Positions 1 through 9,191 of a stretch of 51,125 nt of DNA are shown here, one piece after another; within the stretch, counting starts at the first letter, position 1; each line of letters begins with the position of its first letter. Below the pieces are notes generated by a model. That model did not search any database and was not told the DNA's origin. It saw only the letters and a list, made by a program, of their open reading frames with translations. The translations under genes and the position numbers were made by a program. Origin of the DNA: a virus (lineage: Duplodnaviria; Caudoviricetes); the IMG/VR virus record IMGVR_UViG_3300043433_000078, positions 1 to 51,125 of that record. The stretch is one strand, 5' to 3'.

Positions 1-1
1 T

Positions 2-148
2 GAAGTTGAAAAACCATTAATTGATGAATCCATAACAATGGAAAGTGATAGTGGCTTTAAAACATATGAAGTAACATTTATTCAGCATACATTCAAAAAG
101 AATGGAGAATTTAAGTGGATCATGGTAACAGGAATTAGAAAAAATTAA
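2..148 (+). CDS. hypothetical protein, 5'-truncated by the window edge
   Basis: Open frame from base 2 to TAA at 146-148; codon usage matches neighbours; not in the ORF track. Confidence 0.6.
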   Translation, partial: EVEKPLIDESITMESDSGFKTYEVTFIQHTFKKNGEFKWIMVTGIRKN

Positions 149-152
149 GAAG

Positions 153-610
153 ATGATAATTAGAGAACAAATAAATGCAGATTTTATAACTGCAATGAAA
201 GCAAAAGACGAAGTAGCCAAAATGGCACTTAATAGTATTAAAGCAGCAATCACGTATGCTGAAAAAGGGAATGGAACTTGGGTTGCAACAAACGAAGAGG
301 TTATTAAAATCATTAATAAAGGAATCAAGCAACGTGAGGAATCTATTAAAATGTATGATTTGGCAAATAGACCTGAATTGGTTGCCAAAGAACAGGATGA
401 AATTAGCATCTTGAAAAAATACATGCCTGCGCAGATGAGCGAACAAGAAATTACGTTAGCACTTAAAGAAATTCTACGGGGTTTTTGGTGACTATTAAAA
501 ATCCACAAGCTCTTGTTGGTAAAACTATTGGAGAATTCAATAAGAAATATCAAGGACGTGCAGATATCGGAACAGTTAAAATGATTGTTAACCAATTAGT
601 AGAAATGTAA
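153..610 (+). CDS. GatB/YqeY domain protein, with a -1 frameshift near 479-488
   Basis: The N-terminus (AMKAKD...IKQREESIKMY..ANRPELVAKEQDEISILKKYMPAQMS) is YqeY-like. The YqeY C-terminus (GKTIGEFNKKYQGRADIGTVKMIV) continues in the -1 frame to TAA at 610. Confidence 0.8.
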
Positions 611-756
611 TGGATGTCGAAAAATACTTTATATCAATATTATTAGCAGGCTGTGTTGCATTCATCTATTTTGCGTTTAAACACGTGAGTGATCATGAAA
701 AAAGAGATGCGACCAGAATCTCAAAGTTAACAAAACTTAAAAAAAATAAGAAATGA
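610..756 (+). CDS. small membrane protein (48 aa)
   Basis: MDVEKYFISILLAGCVAFIYFAF...; TAATG and ATGA overlaps with both neighbours. Confidence 0.55.
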   Translation: MDVEKYFISILLAGCVAFIYFAFKHVSDHEKRDATRISKLTKLKKNKK

Positions 757-914
757 AAGCAGTTTTAAGAGCAACTTCAGCATTATTCTTTTTTAAAAGA
801 TATACGTCAATGCCGAGAGGATTAGAAATAGCCTATGGAATTTTAGCATGGTGTAATTTAATCCTATTTGTAGTTTCACTCTACAAATTGTTAATAACTT
901 TAACAAAAATTTAA
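753..914 (+). CDS. small membrane protein (53 aa)
   Basis: ATGA overlap; hydrophobic C-terminal half. Confidence 0.5.
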   Translation: MKAVLRATSALFFFKRYTSMPRGLEIAYGILAWCNLILFVVSLYKLLITLTKI

Positions 915-975
915 CATAAAAATGTTTCGGGTTTAAAATGTATTGATTATATTTACATATCAAATTAAAACATAC
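899..975 (+). promoter_or_regulatory. class I (putative early, host-sigma) promoter
   Basis: TTAACA repeats, TTTCGG, then TTATATTTACATATCAAATTAAAAC; one of 13 copies in the window. Confidence 0.75.
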
Positions 976-981
976 ACATTT

Positions 982-1224
982 ATGACAGAATTAGAAACAT
1001 GGCAAATGGTTAATCAAGCTGAAACAACTCAAGCTTTGGCTTTTATTATTAATAAGTTAGCAGATCCTGAAGGAATGATTCAAGGAAGAGAACGTAAATT
1101 CGATGCGGCAAAAATGATTATTGGTTTAAATCTTTTTATGACTGATGAGATGCCAGTAAACGTTCTTACTAGAGAATTTGGAATTAGACAACAAGCAATT
1201 TATTTAAAAATATTTAACAAATAA
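982..1224 (+). CDS. hypothetical protein
   Basis: ORF; ATG 982 lies directly after the promoter motif. Confidence 0.7.
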   Translation: MTELETWQMVNQAETTQALAFIINKLADPEGMIQGRERKFDAAKMIIGLNLFMTDEMPVNVLTREFGIRQQAIYLKIFNK

Positions 1225-1227
1225 GAT

Positions 1228-1467
1228 ATGAAGTATAGAATAATTGTTGAAACAGAAGCAAGTGGCAAAAAATGGTATAGTGTTCAAAAAAAACATTTAT
1301 TTTATTTTTGGAGTTACTTGCGAGAAGTAAGAGATATGTCAATGTATGCCTATAAAATTTCTTGGCTTACTTTAGAAGAAGCGGAAGCACATATTCAATC
1401 AGATGTAGATAGCGAATATGCAAATAATCAAAAGAAAATTGTAAAACGTGAATATATTAACAAATAA
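1228..1467 (+). CDS. hypothetical protein
   Basis: ORF in operon context. Confidence 0.7.
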   Translation: MKYRIIVETEASGKKWYSVQKKHLFYFWSYLREVRDMSMYAYKISWLTLEEAEAHIQSDVDSEYANNQKKIVKREYINK

Positions 1468-1470
1468 GAT

Positions 1471-1965
1471 ATGAATTGGTTTAAAAGATTATTCGGAATT
1501 AAAGAAAAACAAGTAAAAACTATCGAAATCGAAAATGTCGATATTCATCCTGATTATTACATAGCTAATAAAAAGAAACAAGTATTAAAACAAATTAATA
1601 CATCAAATCCAGTAACTAGCCGTAGAAATACGCAAGTTCCAGTAAGTAGAGATAATTCTTCGGAAGATTTTGCAATGTCAATGTTAGTTGCTCAAATGAC
1701 AGATTCAACCGTATTAGGTTATGCTGCTGGTGGAAGTCTAACAGGGGCAATGCTTGGTGATTCATTAAATGACTCGGACAACACTTTATCAGATTCAAAT
1801 GATAATACACATGAAAGTAGTCATTCATACGAAAGTGACTCGAGTGATTATGGACATAGCAGCGATTCAACATCTTATGATTCTGGAAGCTCTTATGATT
1901 CTGGAAGTTCATACGATTCAGGAAGCTCATACGATTCAGGAAGCTCAAGTTCTAGCGACTGGTAA
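1471..1965 (+). CDS. hypothetical protein with Ser/Asp-rich SSYDSG-repeat tail
   Basis: ORF; C-terminal low-complexity repeats ending SSSDW. Confidence 0.75.
   Translation: MNWFKRLFGIKEKQVKTIEIENVDIHPDYYIANKKKQVLKQINTSNPVTSRRNTQVPVSRDNSSEDFAMSMLVAQMTDSTVLGYAAGGSLTGAMLGDSLNDSDNTLSDSNDNTHESSHSYESDSSDYGHSSDSTSYDSGSSYDSGSSYDSGSSYDSGSSSSSDW
1873..1944 (+). repeat. 18-bp coding tandem repeat x4 (SYDSGS)
   Basis: TC(T/A)TA(T/C)GATTC(T/A)GGAAG(C/T) repeated four times. Confidence 0.9.
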
Positions 1966-2055
1966 TTGTTAATAACTTTTTGAAAATAATTCACTAAAAG
2001 TTTTCGGGATTAAAAAACATTGATTATATTTACATATCAAAATTAAAACAAACAA
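1966..2055 (+). promoter_or_regulatory. class I promoter
   Basis: AAAAGTTTTCGG...TTATATTTACATATCAAAATTAAAAC. Confidence 0.75.
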
Positions 2056-2059
2056 ATAT

Positions 2060-3547
2060 ATGAATCCATTATTCTTAACAGACGGTTACAAAACAGGACA
2101 TCACCAACAATATCCAAAAGGAACAACGTTGGTTTATTCAAACTTTACTCCTAGAAGTAATAAGTATGCTCCTAAAGGATGTGACCAATTAGTATCATTT
2201 GGACAACAAATGGTAATTAAACAAATTCACGAAGCATTTGACAAAGATTTCTTTAGCAAACCTAAAGATGAAGTTTGTGGCGAAATGAAACGTGAATTGT
2301 CAATGTACTTAAATACTGACTACGATGTTAGTCACTTTGAAGCACTACATGATTTAGGTTATTTACCAATCGTGGTAAAAACAATCGAAGAAGGTTCTTT
2401 AGTACCAATGAAGGTTCCTGTATTGACAATTTACAATACACATCCAGATTTCTATTGGATTACAAACTACTTAGAAACAATTATTTCTAACTTGTTATGG
2501 AAACCAATGACAAGTGCAACTATTGCTCATACATACCGTAAAGCATTAACTAGTTGGCAAGAAAAAACTGATGCTGAAAGAGCTTGGTTTATTGATTGGC
2601 AAGGACACGATTTCTCAATGAGAGGTTTAGATTCTATTGATGCAACTATTAGTTCAGGTCTTGGACACTTAACAAGTTTCTCAGGTTCAGACAGTTTACC
2701 AGCAATCTTTGGAGCCCGTAAATTCTACAACGAAGAAGGATTCGTAGCAGGTTCTGTGAATGCAACTGAACACTCAGTTATGTGTGCTGGATCTAAAGAG
2801 GATGAGGTTGGAACATTTAGAAACTTGATGGAAACATATCCAACAGGAATTCTTTCAATCGTATCAGATACTTGGGATTTATGGAAAGTTTGTACTGAGC
2901 ATATTGTTACCTTGAAAGAAGAGATTTTAGATCGTGATGGTAAAGTAGTTATTAGACCTGACTCTGGTGATCCTGTTGACATCATTTGCGGAAAAATGTT
3001 TTCTGATTCTTCCGATAATCCTAATGGTTTTGTAATTGATAAAAGCGTATCTAAAAACGAACAAAAAGGAGTTATTGAATTACTTTGGGATGTATTTGGT
3101 GGAACAATTAACGAACAAGGTTACAAAGTTCTTGACAGTCACATTGGAGCAATCTACGGAGATTCAATTACAATTGATAGAGCAAATGAAATTTGTGCTA
3201 GATTAGAGGCAAAAGGATTTGCAAGTACAAATATCGTTTTAGGTGTAGGTTCATTCACATACCAATTTAACACAAGAGATACATTCGGTTTTGCAATGAA
3301 AGCAACCTATGTAGAAGTAGAAGGTAATGGTCGTGAAATCTTTAAAGATCCAATCACTGATGACGGTGTTAAAAAATCTGCAAAAGGTTTGTTAAGTGTT
3401 TATAGTAGTGATGGAGAATTAATTTTACTGGATCAATGTTCATGGGAAGATGAGACAAAAGGTGAATTACAAACTATCTACCACAATGGAGAGTTTTTCA
3501 ACCAAACTACCTTAACACAAATTCGTGAACGTTTAAGAAATTCATAA
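2060..3547 (+). CDS. nadV: nicotinamide phosphoribosyltransferase family (Nampt/NadV, or Namat-like)
   Basis: Motifs TDGYK..H, DFSMRG, ATEHSVM, SIVSDTWD, IRPDSGDP, IYGDSIT, FAMKAT, KKSAKG. Confidence 0.88.
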   Translation: MNPLFLTDGYKTGHHQQYPKGTTLVYSNFTPRSNKYAPKGCDQLVSFGQQMVIKQIHEAFDKDFFSKPKDEVCGEMKRELSMYLNTDYDVSHFEALHDLGYLPIVVKTIEEGSLVPMKVPVLTIYNTHPDFYWITNYLETIISNLLWKPMTSATIAHTYRKALTSWQEKTDAERAWFIDWQGHDFSMRGLDSIDATISSGLGHLTSFSGSDSLPAIFGARKFYNEEGFVAGSVNATEHSVMCAGSKEDEVGTFRNLMETYPTGILSIVSDTWDLWKVCTEHIVTLKEEILDRDGKVVIRPDSGDPVDIICGKMFSDSSDNPNGFVIDKSVSKNEQKGVIELLWDVFGGTINEQGYKVLDSHIGAIYGDSITIDRANEICARLEAKGFASTNIVLGVGSFTYQFNTRDTFGFAMKATYVEVEGNGREIFKDPITDDGVKKSAKGLLSVYSSDGELILLDQCSWEDETKGELQTIYHNGEFFNQTTLTQIRERLRNS

Positions 3548-3831
3548 TGGACAGAAAAAACGCAACTTTATTCATATTAATATTATGCGCACTAGTAATC
3601 TTTTTGGTTACAAGCTGTGAAGAAAACCGTCCTATTCATAGTTACGATTCAAATAAAGTATCAGCAATACAATTAGATAATAATTCAGAATATTACAATC
3701 AACATTATAGAGTTTATACTCTTGAAGGTTGTGAGTATATTGTAGTTGATAGCGGAAACATGAAATGGGGAGGACATAAAGGAAATTGTAAAAATCCAAT
3801 ACACAAAAACACACAAGATGGAAGTAATTAA
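3547..3831 (+). CDS. putative lipoprotein
   Basis: Hydrophobic signal followed by lipobox-like VTSC; EGCEY...HKGNCKN C-terminus. Confidence 0.65.
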   Translation: MDRKNATLFILILCALVIFLVTSCEENRPIHSYDSNKVSAIQLDNNSEYYNQHYRVYTLEGCEYIVVDSGNMKWGGHKGNCKNPIHKNTQDGSN

Positions 3832-4294
3832 ACCAGAACAAAAAAACAAATGGTACGCTGCTGACAGTATTAAAATATTTTTAGCAGGTTCTATTGAAAT
3901 GGGAAAAGCCGAAGATTGGCAAGCAGCGATCCCAGAATTATTTAAAGATCGTAATGATTTAACTTTCTTTAATCCTCGCAGAGATGATTGGGATAGTTCA
4001 TGGGAACAAAAAGAATCAAATCCTCAATTTAACTATCAAGTTAATTGGGAATTAGACCATCTTGACAAAGCTGACATTATTTTCATGTATTTCTCACCAG
4101 AAACCAAGAGTCCAATTAGTCTATTAGAACTTGGATTATACGCAAATCTTGAGAAAATGATTGTATGTTGTCCAGATTCTTTTTATCGTAAAGGTAATGT
4201 AGATATTGTTTGTAGCAGATTTAATATTCCAGTCTATAATACAATGGAAGCTGCAGTCGGCCGATTAAGAAGTGAATTAAAAAACATAAAGTAA
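3818..4294 (+). CDS. nucleoside 2-deoxyribosyltransferase-like protein
   Basis: IFLAGSI...WQ...NPRR...QVNWE...ADII...SPISLLELG. Confidence 0.8.
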   Translation: MEVIKPEQKNKWYAADSIKIFLAGSIEMGKAEDWQAAIPELFKDRNDLTFFNPRRDDWDSSWEQKESNPQFNYQVNWELDHLDKADIIFMYFSPETKSPISLLELGLYANLEKMIVCCPDSFYRKGNVDIVCSRFNIPVYNTMEAAVGRLRSELKNIK

Positions 4295-4295
4295 A

Positions 4296-4385
4296 TTGTT
4301 AATAACTTTAACATAAATTTAACACTCCAGATTTTACCGTCTGGAGTTTTTTGTTTATATTTACATATCAAATTAAAACAAAGAA
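4296..4385 (+). promoter_or_regulatory. class I promoter with embedded terminator hairpin
   Basis: ACTCCAGA-TTTTACCG-TCTGGAGT-TTTTT followed by TTATATTTACATATC. Confidence 0.7.
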
Positions 4386-4388
4386 CTT

Positions 4389-4544
4389 ATGGTAATTTAT
4401 ACAGTAATCCCATTCTATTTCGATGGAATTGAAATCTTTCAAAATGATGTTGCGAGCTTTCAAAATTACGATGATGCATATTATTTTGCAACAAATCATT
4501 TAGATGGAAGAAGATTTGAAATTATTAAAAACTTTTTAAAATAA
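4389..4544 (+). CDS. hypothetical protein (51 aa)
   Basis: ORF directly after the promoter; below the ORF-track length cutoff. Confidence 0.6.
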   Translation: MVIYTVIPFYFDGIEIFQNDVASFQNYDDAYYFATNHLDGRRFEIIKNFLK

Positions 4545-4550
4545 AAAATT

Positions 4551-5285
4551 ATGGCACAAATATTTAAAGTAGGAGGTTGTATCAGGGATAAGTTTCTGGG
4601 CATCGATTCAAAGGATATAGATTTTACATTCGTTTGTGAAGAATCACAGACAGTTGAGCAGGGTTGGTCAGAGATGCGATCTTGGATGCTTGAGAGAGGA
4701 TTTGAAATCTTCTTAGAAACACAAGATTGTTTTACAATCCGAGCAAAGTTTCCAAAGGACCATCAGTTCTCTGGATTGGTTGCAGATTTTGTAATGGCAA
4801 GAAAAGAGGTTGGATACGTTGAAGGAACCCGTAGACCTATTTTAGAATTGGGTACTTTGGAAGATGATTTACTTCGTAGAGACTTTACCCTAAATGCCCT
4901 AGCAGAAGATATTGATGGAAACATTATTGATCTTTTTGGTGGTATTGAGGATTTAAAGGTTGGTATTTTAAGAACACCAATGGATGCGATGGTTACAATG
5001 ATGGATGACCCATTAAGAATCTTAAGAGCCTTAAGATTTACGATCACGAAGGATTTTGTAATGAGTGATGATATTTGGGAAGCAATGAAACAACCAAACA
5101 TCTTAAAGAAACTTGAACAAACTGTAAGTGGACAAAGAATCAGAGAGGAAATCGACAAGATGATGAGATTTAATACCACTAGAAGTTTTAGACTCTTAAT
5201 GGATGTTGATGAGATTATCCCAGGATTTTTAGAACTAATCTTTAAAGACGGAATGTGGTTAAAACCAACTTTCGAGAAAAAATAA
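4551..5285 (+). CDS. cca: tRNA nucleotidyltransferase (CCA-adding, class II), minimal form
   Basis: VGG..RD, DIDF, DLLRRDFTLNA, DPLRILRALRF, RIREE..K. Confidence 0.88.
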   Translation: MAQIFKVGGCIRDKFLGIDSKDIDFTFVCEESQTVEQGWSEMRSWMLERGFEIFLETQDCFTIRAKFPKDHQFSGLVADFVMARKEVGYVEGTRRPILELGTLEDDLLRRDFTLNALAEDIDGNIIDLFGGIEDLKVGILRTPMDAMVTMMDDPLRILRALRFTITKDFVMSDDIWEAMKQPNILKKLEQTVSGQRIREEIDKMMRFNTTRSFRLLMDVDEIIPGFLELIFKDGMWLKPTFEKK

Positions 5286-5314
5286 ACAAATCAAATTTAA
5301 CTCATATAATAACT

Positions 5315-5605
5315 ATGAAACAATTAGAAGATAAAGAGATTTTAATCTGTGCATGCCACTCGACCGATCATCAACTTATAGTACTATATGATGAAGATAC
5401 GGACAGTGAACGAAGTTATCCAATGTGTTATTTTCATATACATTTAAAGAAAAGACCATTTTGGGAAAGGGTTAAGTATGGAATCAAATACATCTTTGGG
5501 AGACAATGTAATTATGGTGCATTTGATGAATTTATATTTAATCCAAAAGATGCTGACAAATTACAAGATTTGGTTAATTATTTAAAAGAATTAAAAAATG
5601 AATAA
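5315..5605 (+). CDS. hypothetical protein
   Basis: ORF; ATG 5315 follows a class II promoter. Confidence 0.7.
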   Translation: MKQLEDKEILICACHSTDHQLIVLYDEDTDSERSYPMCYFHIHLKKRPFWERVKYGIKYIFGRQCNYGAFDEFIFNPKDADKLQDLVNYLKELKNE

Positions 5606-6002
5606 AATATATTTAGACGATGTAAGAACTCCAAAGGACACAAGTTGGGTTGTTGTTCGAAGCTATGAGGAATTCGTAGAGAAAATCCTTGAAATTGGTC
5701 TTGAGAACATTGAATTAATTTCATTAGACCATGACTTGGGAGACACTGCAATGCAGGAATGGCACCGAAACGTTTACTGTAACTATGAATTAAATTACGA
5801 TAATATTACTGAAAAGACAGGAATGGATTGTACTAAATGGTTAGTAAATGAATGGATGGATGGTCGACCAGTAGTTGATGTTGTTATTCATTCCGCGAAT
5901 GCAATCGGTAGCGCAAATATGATGGGTTACATTAATAATTACCGACATATTCATAGGTTACCTCAAAATTGTGTAAGAGTAAGAATTGAACATACAGTAT
6001 AA
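5598..6002 (+). CDS. cyclic-phosphate processing receiver domain protein
   Basis: IYLDDVR, ISLDHDLG, TGMDC.KWL, IHSAN..G. Confidence 0.8.
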   Translation: MNKIYLDDVRTPKDTSWVVVRSYEEFVEKILEIGLENIELISLDHDLGDTAMQEWHRNVYCNYELNYDNITEKTGMDCTKWLVNEWMDGRPVVDVVIHSANAIGSANMMGYINNYRHIHRLPQNCVRVRIEHTV

Positions 6003-6004
6003 TT

Positions 6005-6211
6005 ATGGCATACTATAACGGACCTCGCAGAAAAAAGAAAGTTGACCCAAGTACTGTTCGTCGTCGAACTACACAAGAGGATTTTGAAAATGTTCTTGGA
6101 AAGCTTAAAAAAGAAGAGATTAATGTGGATCCTTATTCACAATTTAGAACAATAGATGGAATTCCCCATAAATACAAAGATGGAGTATGGATTCCCTTAA
6201 CAAGAATATAA
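6005..6211 (+). CDS. hypothetical basic protein
   Basis: ORF in operon context. Confidence 0.6.
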   Translation: MAYYNGPRRKKKVDPSTVRRRTTQEDFENVLGKLKKEEINVDPYSQFRTIDGIPHKYKDGVWIPLTRI

Positions 6212-6212
6212 A

Positions 6213-6785
6213 ATGAAAGTGATATTTTTAGATAATGATGGTGTAATTTGTCTCTACGATAATTGGGGAGGCAGAGGAAAGAAATGGTCAAAATACCGTT
6301 CTGAAAATCCTGAAAGCAGTCCAAACTTAAAAGATGCACCTGCAGAAATTCGTTTTGATGATTTTGATAAAAAAGCAATTAAGATTCTAAATGAGATTAT
6401 CAAAGAAACTGGAGCTGAAATAATTGTAAGTTCTGATTGGAAACTTCATGCAACTCTTGAAGAGCTTGGAGATTATTACGAAGCTCAAGGAATCATTAAA
6501 CGTCCAATTGCAATGACACCAAACCTTCATGAATTTGACGAAGAAACCGATAATATGTTTATGTGGAAGCGATGGATGGAGCGTAAAAGAATTCTTGAGA
6601 TTGAAAGATATTTAGACATGTACCCAAATATAACAAACTGGGTTGCAGTTGACGATTTGGATATGAGTCTTGAAAAAAATGGAGGAATTGGTTTAAAAAA
6701 CTTTGTCCTAACACCAAGAAGTAGAGAAGGAATCAAACAGTCGGGCACCAAAGAAAAAATAATTGATTTTTTAACAAAAAATTAA
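6213..6785 (+). CDS. HAD-family phosphatase (Swiss-Army-knife RNA-repair type)
   Basis: IFLDNDGV, IIVSSDW, WVAVDD. Confidence 0.8.
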   Translation: MKVIFLDNDGVICLYDNWGGRGKKWSKYRSENPESSPNLKDAPAEIRFDDFDKKAIKILNEIIKETGAEIIVSSDWKLHATLEELGDYYEAQGIIKRPIAMTPNLHEFDEETDNMFMWKRWMERKRILEIERYLDMYPNITNWVAVDDLDMSLEKNGGIGLKNFVLTPRSREGIKQSGTKEKIIDFLTKN

Positions 6786-6846
6786 CATAAAAAGTTTTAC
6801 CGATTCAAATATTATAGTTATATTTACATATCATTAAAAACAAACA
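6770..6846 (+). promoter_or_regulatory. class I promoter
   Basis: AAAAGTTTTACCGATTC...TTATATTTACATATC. Confidence 0.75.
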
Positions 6847-6849
6847 ATT

Positions 6850-7260
6850 ATGAACATTTCTCACAGAATTAAAAGAGCAAAGCAAAGAACTTACATCAAG
6901 TACAAAAGTACATTCGATGCAACATGGAGAACACAAGGAGATACGCAACAAACTTCTGCATATCTTATTTGTAAAAGGTTAATTGAGAAGGAAGGAACTT
7001 CCCTGTTAATGGCTCCTTTAAGTGGTAAACGTTACATTAGACAGGATGATGGCAACCTATTTATTATCATCGGACATGATAGTATTCAAATCATCAATCA
7101 TGTTTATAGTTACACAATTCCAATGAGTGGACATACTCTTATTAAAACTTTTGATGTGTTTGATAATAAACTTGAAACGGAAAGAACACAATTGGAATTT
7201 GATGTTAAGAGTAACATTCAAAAATCTTTAAATCAGATCAAAGATGAGCTTTCAAAATAA
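6850..7260 (+). CDS. hypothetical protein
   Basis: ORF after promoter. Confidence 0.7.
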   Translation: MNISHRIKRAKQRTYIKYKSTFDATWRTQGDTQQTSAYLICKRLIEKEGTSLLMAPLSGKRYIRQDDGNLFIIIGHDSIQIINHVYSYTIPMSGHTLIKTFDVFDNKLETERTQLEFDVKSNIQKSLNQIKDELSK

Positions 7261-8251
7261 TAATTATATGACCAATGAGGACTTCGATGCTTTCTTAGAG
7301 AGCATCGGAGGTCTTGAAAATGGTTACTTCACCGATCGAGGTCCAATCCTTTCTAGAGGTTTCTTTCAAGTCGACAACGGTTGGTTGGGGATTTTAAAGA
7401 GACTGATAGAGGACTTAGTAGAACTTGGATGGGACAAACAAACACTACAAGTTAAAGAAAAGTTTGGTGGTTTAAGATTCTATACGAACGGAACATCAGA
7501 TGATATGTATAATCGAATCCGTTTGGCTGAAGATGCTTCATATATTACTTGCGAAAAGTGTGGAGAACTAGGAGAACTTCGAGGTGGAGGTTGGATGGCA
7601 ACCCTTTGTGATGAACATTCTGAAGGCCGAGAAGGTTACAAAAAATCCATACTAATGATTAAACCCAAAGTATTAGTGGCCCCTCCATACGGAGAACTTG
7701 AAAAGCAGATGTATAAGGACTGGTTATTAGAACATGGATTTAAACCCTATTTTCTTGGAACTGAATGTCGAAATATTGATGCACCATTAATACTTTGCGG
7801 AGGAGCAGATATTGGTAAAAATCCTAAACGGGATGCTAGAGAAATTCAATGGATTGAAAGCGCTCTTGAAAATAAACAACCAATCATCGGAGTTTGCAGG
7901 GGAATGCAACTCTTAAATCACTACTTCGACCAAAATGCAAATAATGTCGAAAATATCCCAGAACATCTTACAGAAAACCATCTTAATGATTCATTTGAAG
8001 ATGACGATGATCACTCGTATCGATTATCACAATTCCATAACGTAATCGATATTGATGGAAATACAATGAATGTTAATTCAAGACACCATCAATATTGCCG
8101 TTGGGTTTCCTTAAACTTCGATATTACACATAGAGCAGAAGACGGAACTGTTGAAGGAATTGCAGACTATAAAAGAAACATTTGGGCAGTTCAATGGCAT
8201 CCAGAAAGAAATGAATGCGACAACAATGAATATCCACTTAACAAAATTTAA
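7244..8251 (+). CDS. apparent fusion of a phage Zn-finger-like protein (KEKFGGLRFY, CEKCG) and a class I glutamine amidotransferase (PuuD/C26-like, own ATG at 7655)
   Basis: GGADI, GVCRGMQLLN, VNSRHHQ, VQWHPE; the junction looks like two genes joined by one extra A. Confidence 0.75.
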   Translation: MSFQNNNYMTNEDFDAFLESIGGLENGYFTDRGPILSRGFFQVDNGWLGILKRLIEDLVELGWDKQTLQVKEKFGGLRFYTNGTSDDMYNRIRLAEDASYITCEKCGELGELRGGGWMATLCDEHSEGREGYKKSILMIKPKVLVAPPYGELEKQMYKDWLLEHGFKPYFLGTECRNIDAPLILCGGADIGKNPKRDAREIQWIESALENKQPIIGVCRGMQLLNHYFDQNANNVENIPEHLTENHLNDSFEDDDDHSYRLSQFHNVIDIDGNTMNVNSRHHQYCRWVSLNFDITHRAEDGTVEGIADYKRNIWAVQWHPERNECDNNEYPLNKI

Positions 8252-8325
8252 CATAAATTTAACATAAAAAAGTTTCGGGTTTAAAATATTATAGTTATAT
8301 TTACATATCAAATTAAAACAAACAA
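8248..8325 (+). promoter_or_regulatory. class I promoter
   Basis: Three TTAACA repeats, TTTCGG and TTATATTTACATATC. Confidence 0.75.
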
Positions 8326-8342
8326 TTTAAAAACAAAAAAAC

Positions 8343-8525
8343 ATGAAAACAGTAATTGGAAACATTTTAGTAGAATTAAGTATCGACACAATCATGATTA
8401 AAGATGCTAAAACATTAGAATTAATGAGAGCAAAAGTGGTTAATGCGAACGATGCAGTAGATACTTACAAAGCATTAGTTGTTACTCTTACTGAGAAACA
8501 TAAAAAAGCATTGGCAAACGGTTAA
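8343..8525 (+). CDS. hypothetical protein
   Basis: ORF after promoter. Confidence 0.65.
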   Translation: MKTVIGNILVELSIDTIMIKDAKTLELMRAKVVNANDAVDTYKALVVTLTEKHKKALANG

Positions 8526-8526
8526 T

Positions 8527-8754
8527 ATGATACAATCCCAAATGACTGTCGTAAAATCATCGACAATAGATTCGATATATTACGCGACAACGACAAACGA
8601 ATTGATGGTAACATTTAAAAATGGTACAACATACACCTATTATGATGTTACTCTTGAAGATTATTTAACAATGATAACTTCAGAATCGATTGGTAAAGCA
8701 TTGAACCAAATCATCAAACCTAAATATAAGTACGCTAAACATGAAGAGCTCTAA
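8527..8754 (+). CDS. KTSC domain protein
   Basis: V.SS.I..I.Y....L.V.FKNG..Y.Y..V......SIGK. Confidence 0.82.
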   Translation: MIQSQMTVVKSSTIDSIYYATTTNELMVTFKNGTTYTYYDVTLEDYLTMITSESIGKALNQIIKPKYKYAKHEEL

Positions 8755-8804
8755 TTATATTTTTTGGAACGATGAGTGGAATCAACCAACAAAAAAATAA
8801 AAAT

Positions 8805-9167
8805 ATGAAAAGATTTTTTAATCACAAAGATTTAGGAAAGGTAGAAGTTTTAATGAGCTTCCAAAGAACTGAAAATGGTAAAGATTTACCAAAGGTAATT
8901 GCATTAGCAACATCGACAATTAGACCTTATGTTTCTGAAAAAAGGAGTAATTTTGGAGAGATTAAATATAAAAGATCTTATAATTTAAGAAATGGTGATG
9001 TTGTATCGAACTATTATTTAGTATGGGGAACTGACGATAATTTCACAGAATCAGGATTTCAATTATTGACAACTAAAAGCGGCAGAAAGGTATCTCTTAA
9101 AAGCGCATTGAAAATCTTTAATGATGCAAAGAATGCAACTGAATTTGTAAACTTTTCCAAGGTTTAA
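8805..9167 (+). CDS. hypothetical protein
   Basis: ORF; A-rich leader before ATG 8805. Confidence 0.65.
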   Translation: MKRFFNHKDLGKVEVLMSFQRTENGKDLPKVIALATSTIRPYVSEKRSNFGEIKYKRSYNLRNGDVVSNYYLVWGTDDNFTESGFQLLTTKSGRKVSLKSALKIFNDAKNATEFVNFSKV

Positions 9168-9191
9168 GATATAACTTAAAATAAAATAATT

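Noticed and set aside
17-595. Minus-strand ORFs opposite + strand genes (this one and similar ones throughout)
   Set aside because: Antisense shadows of well-supported + strand genes.
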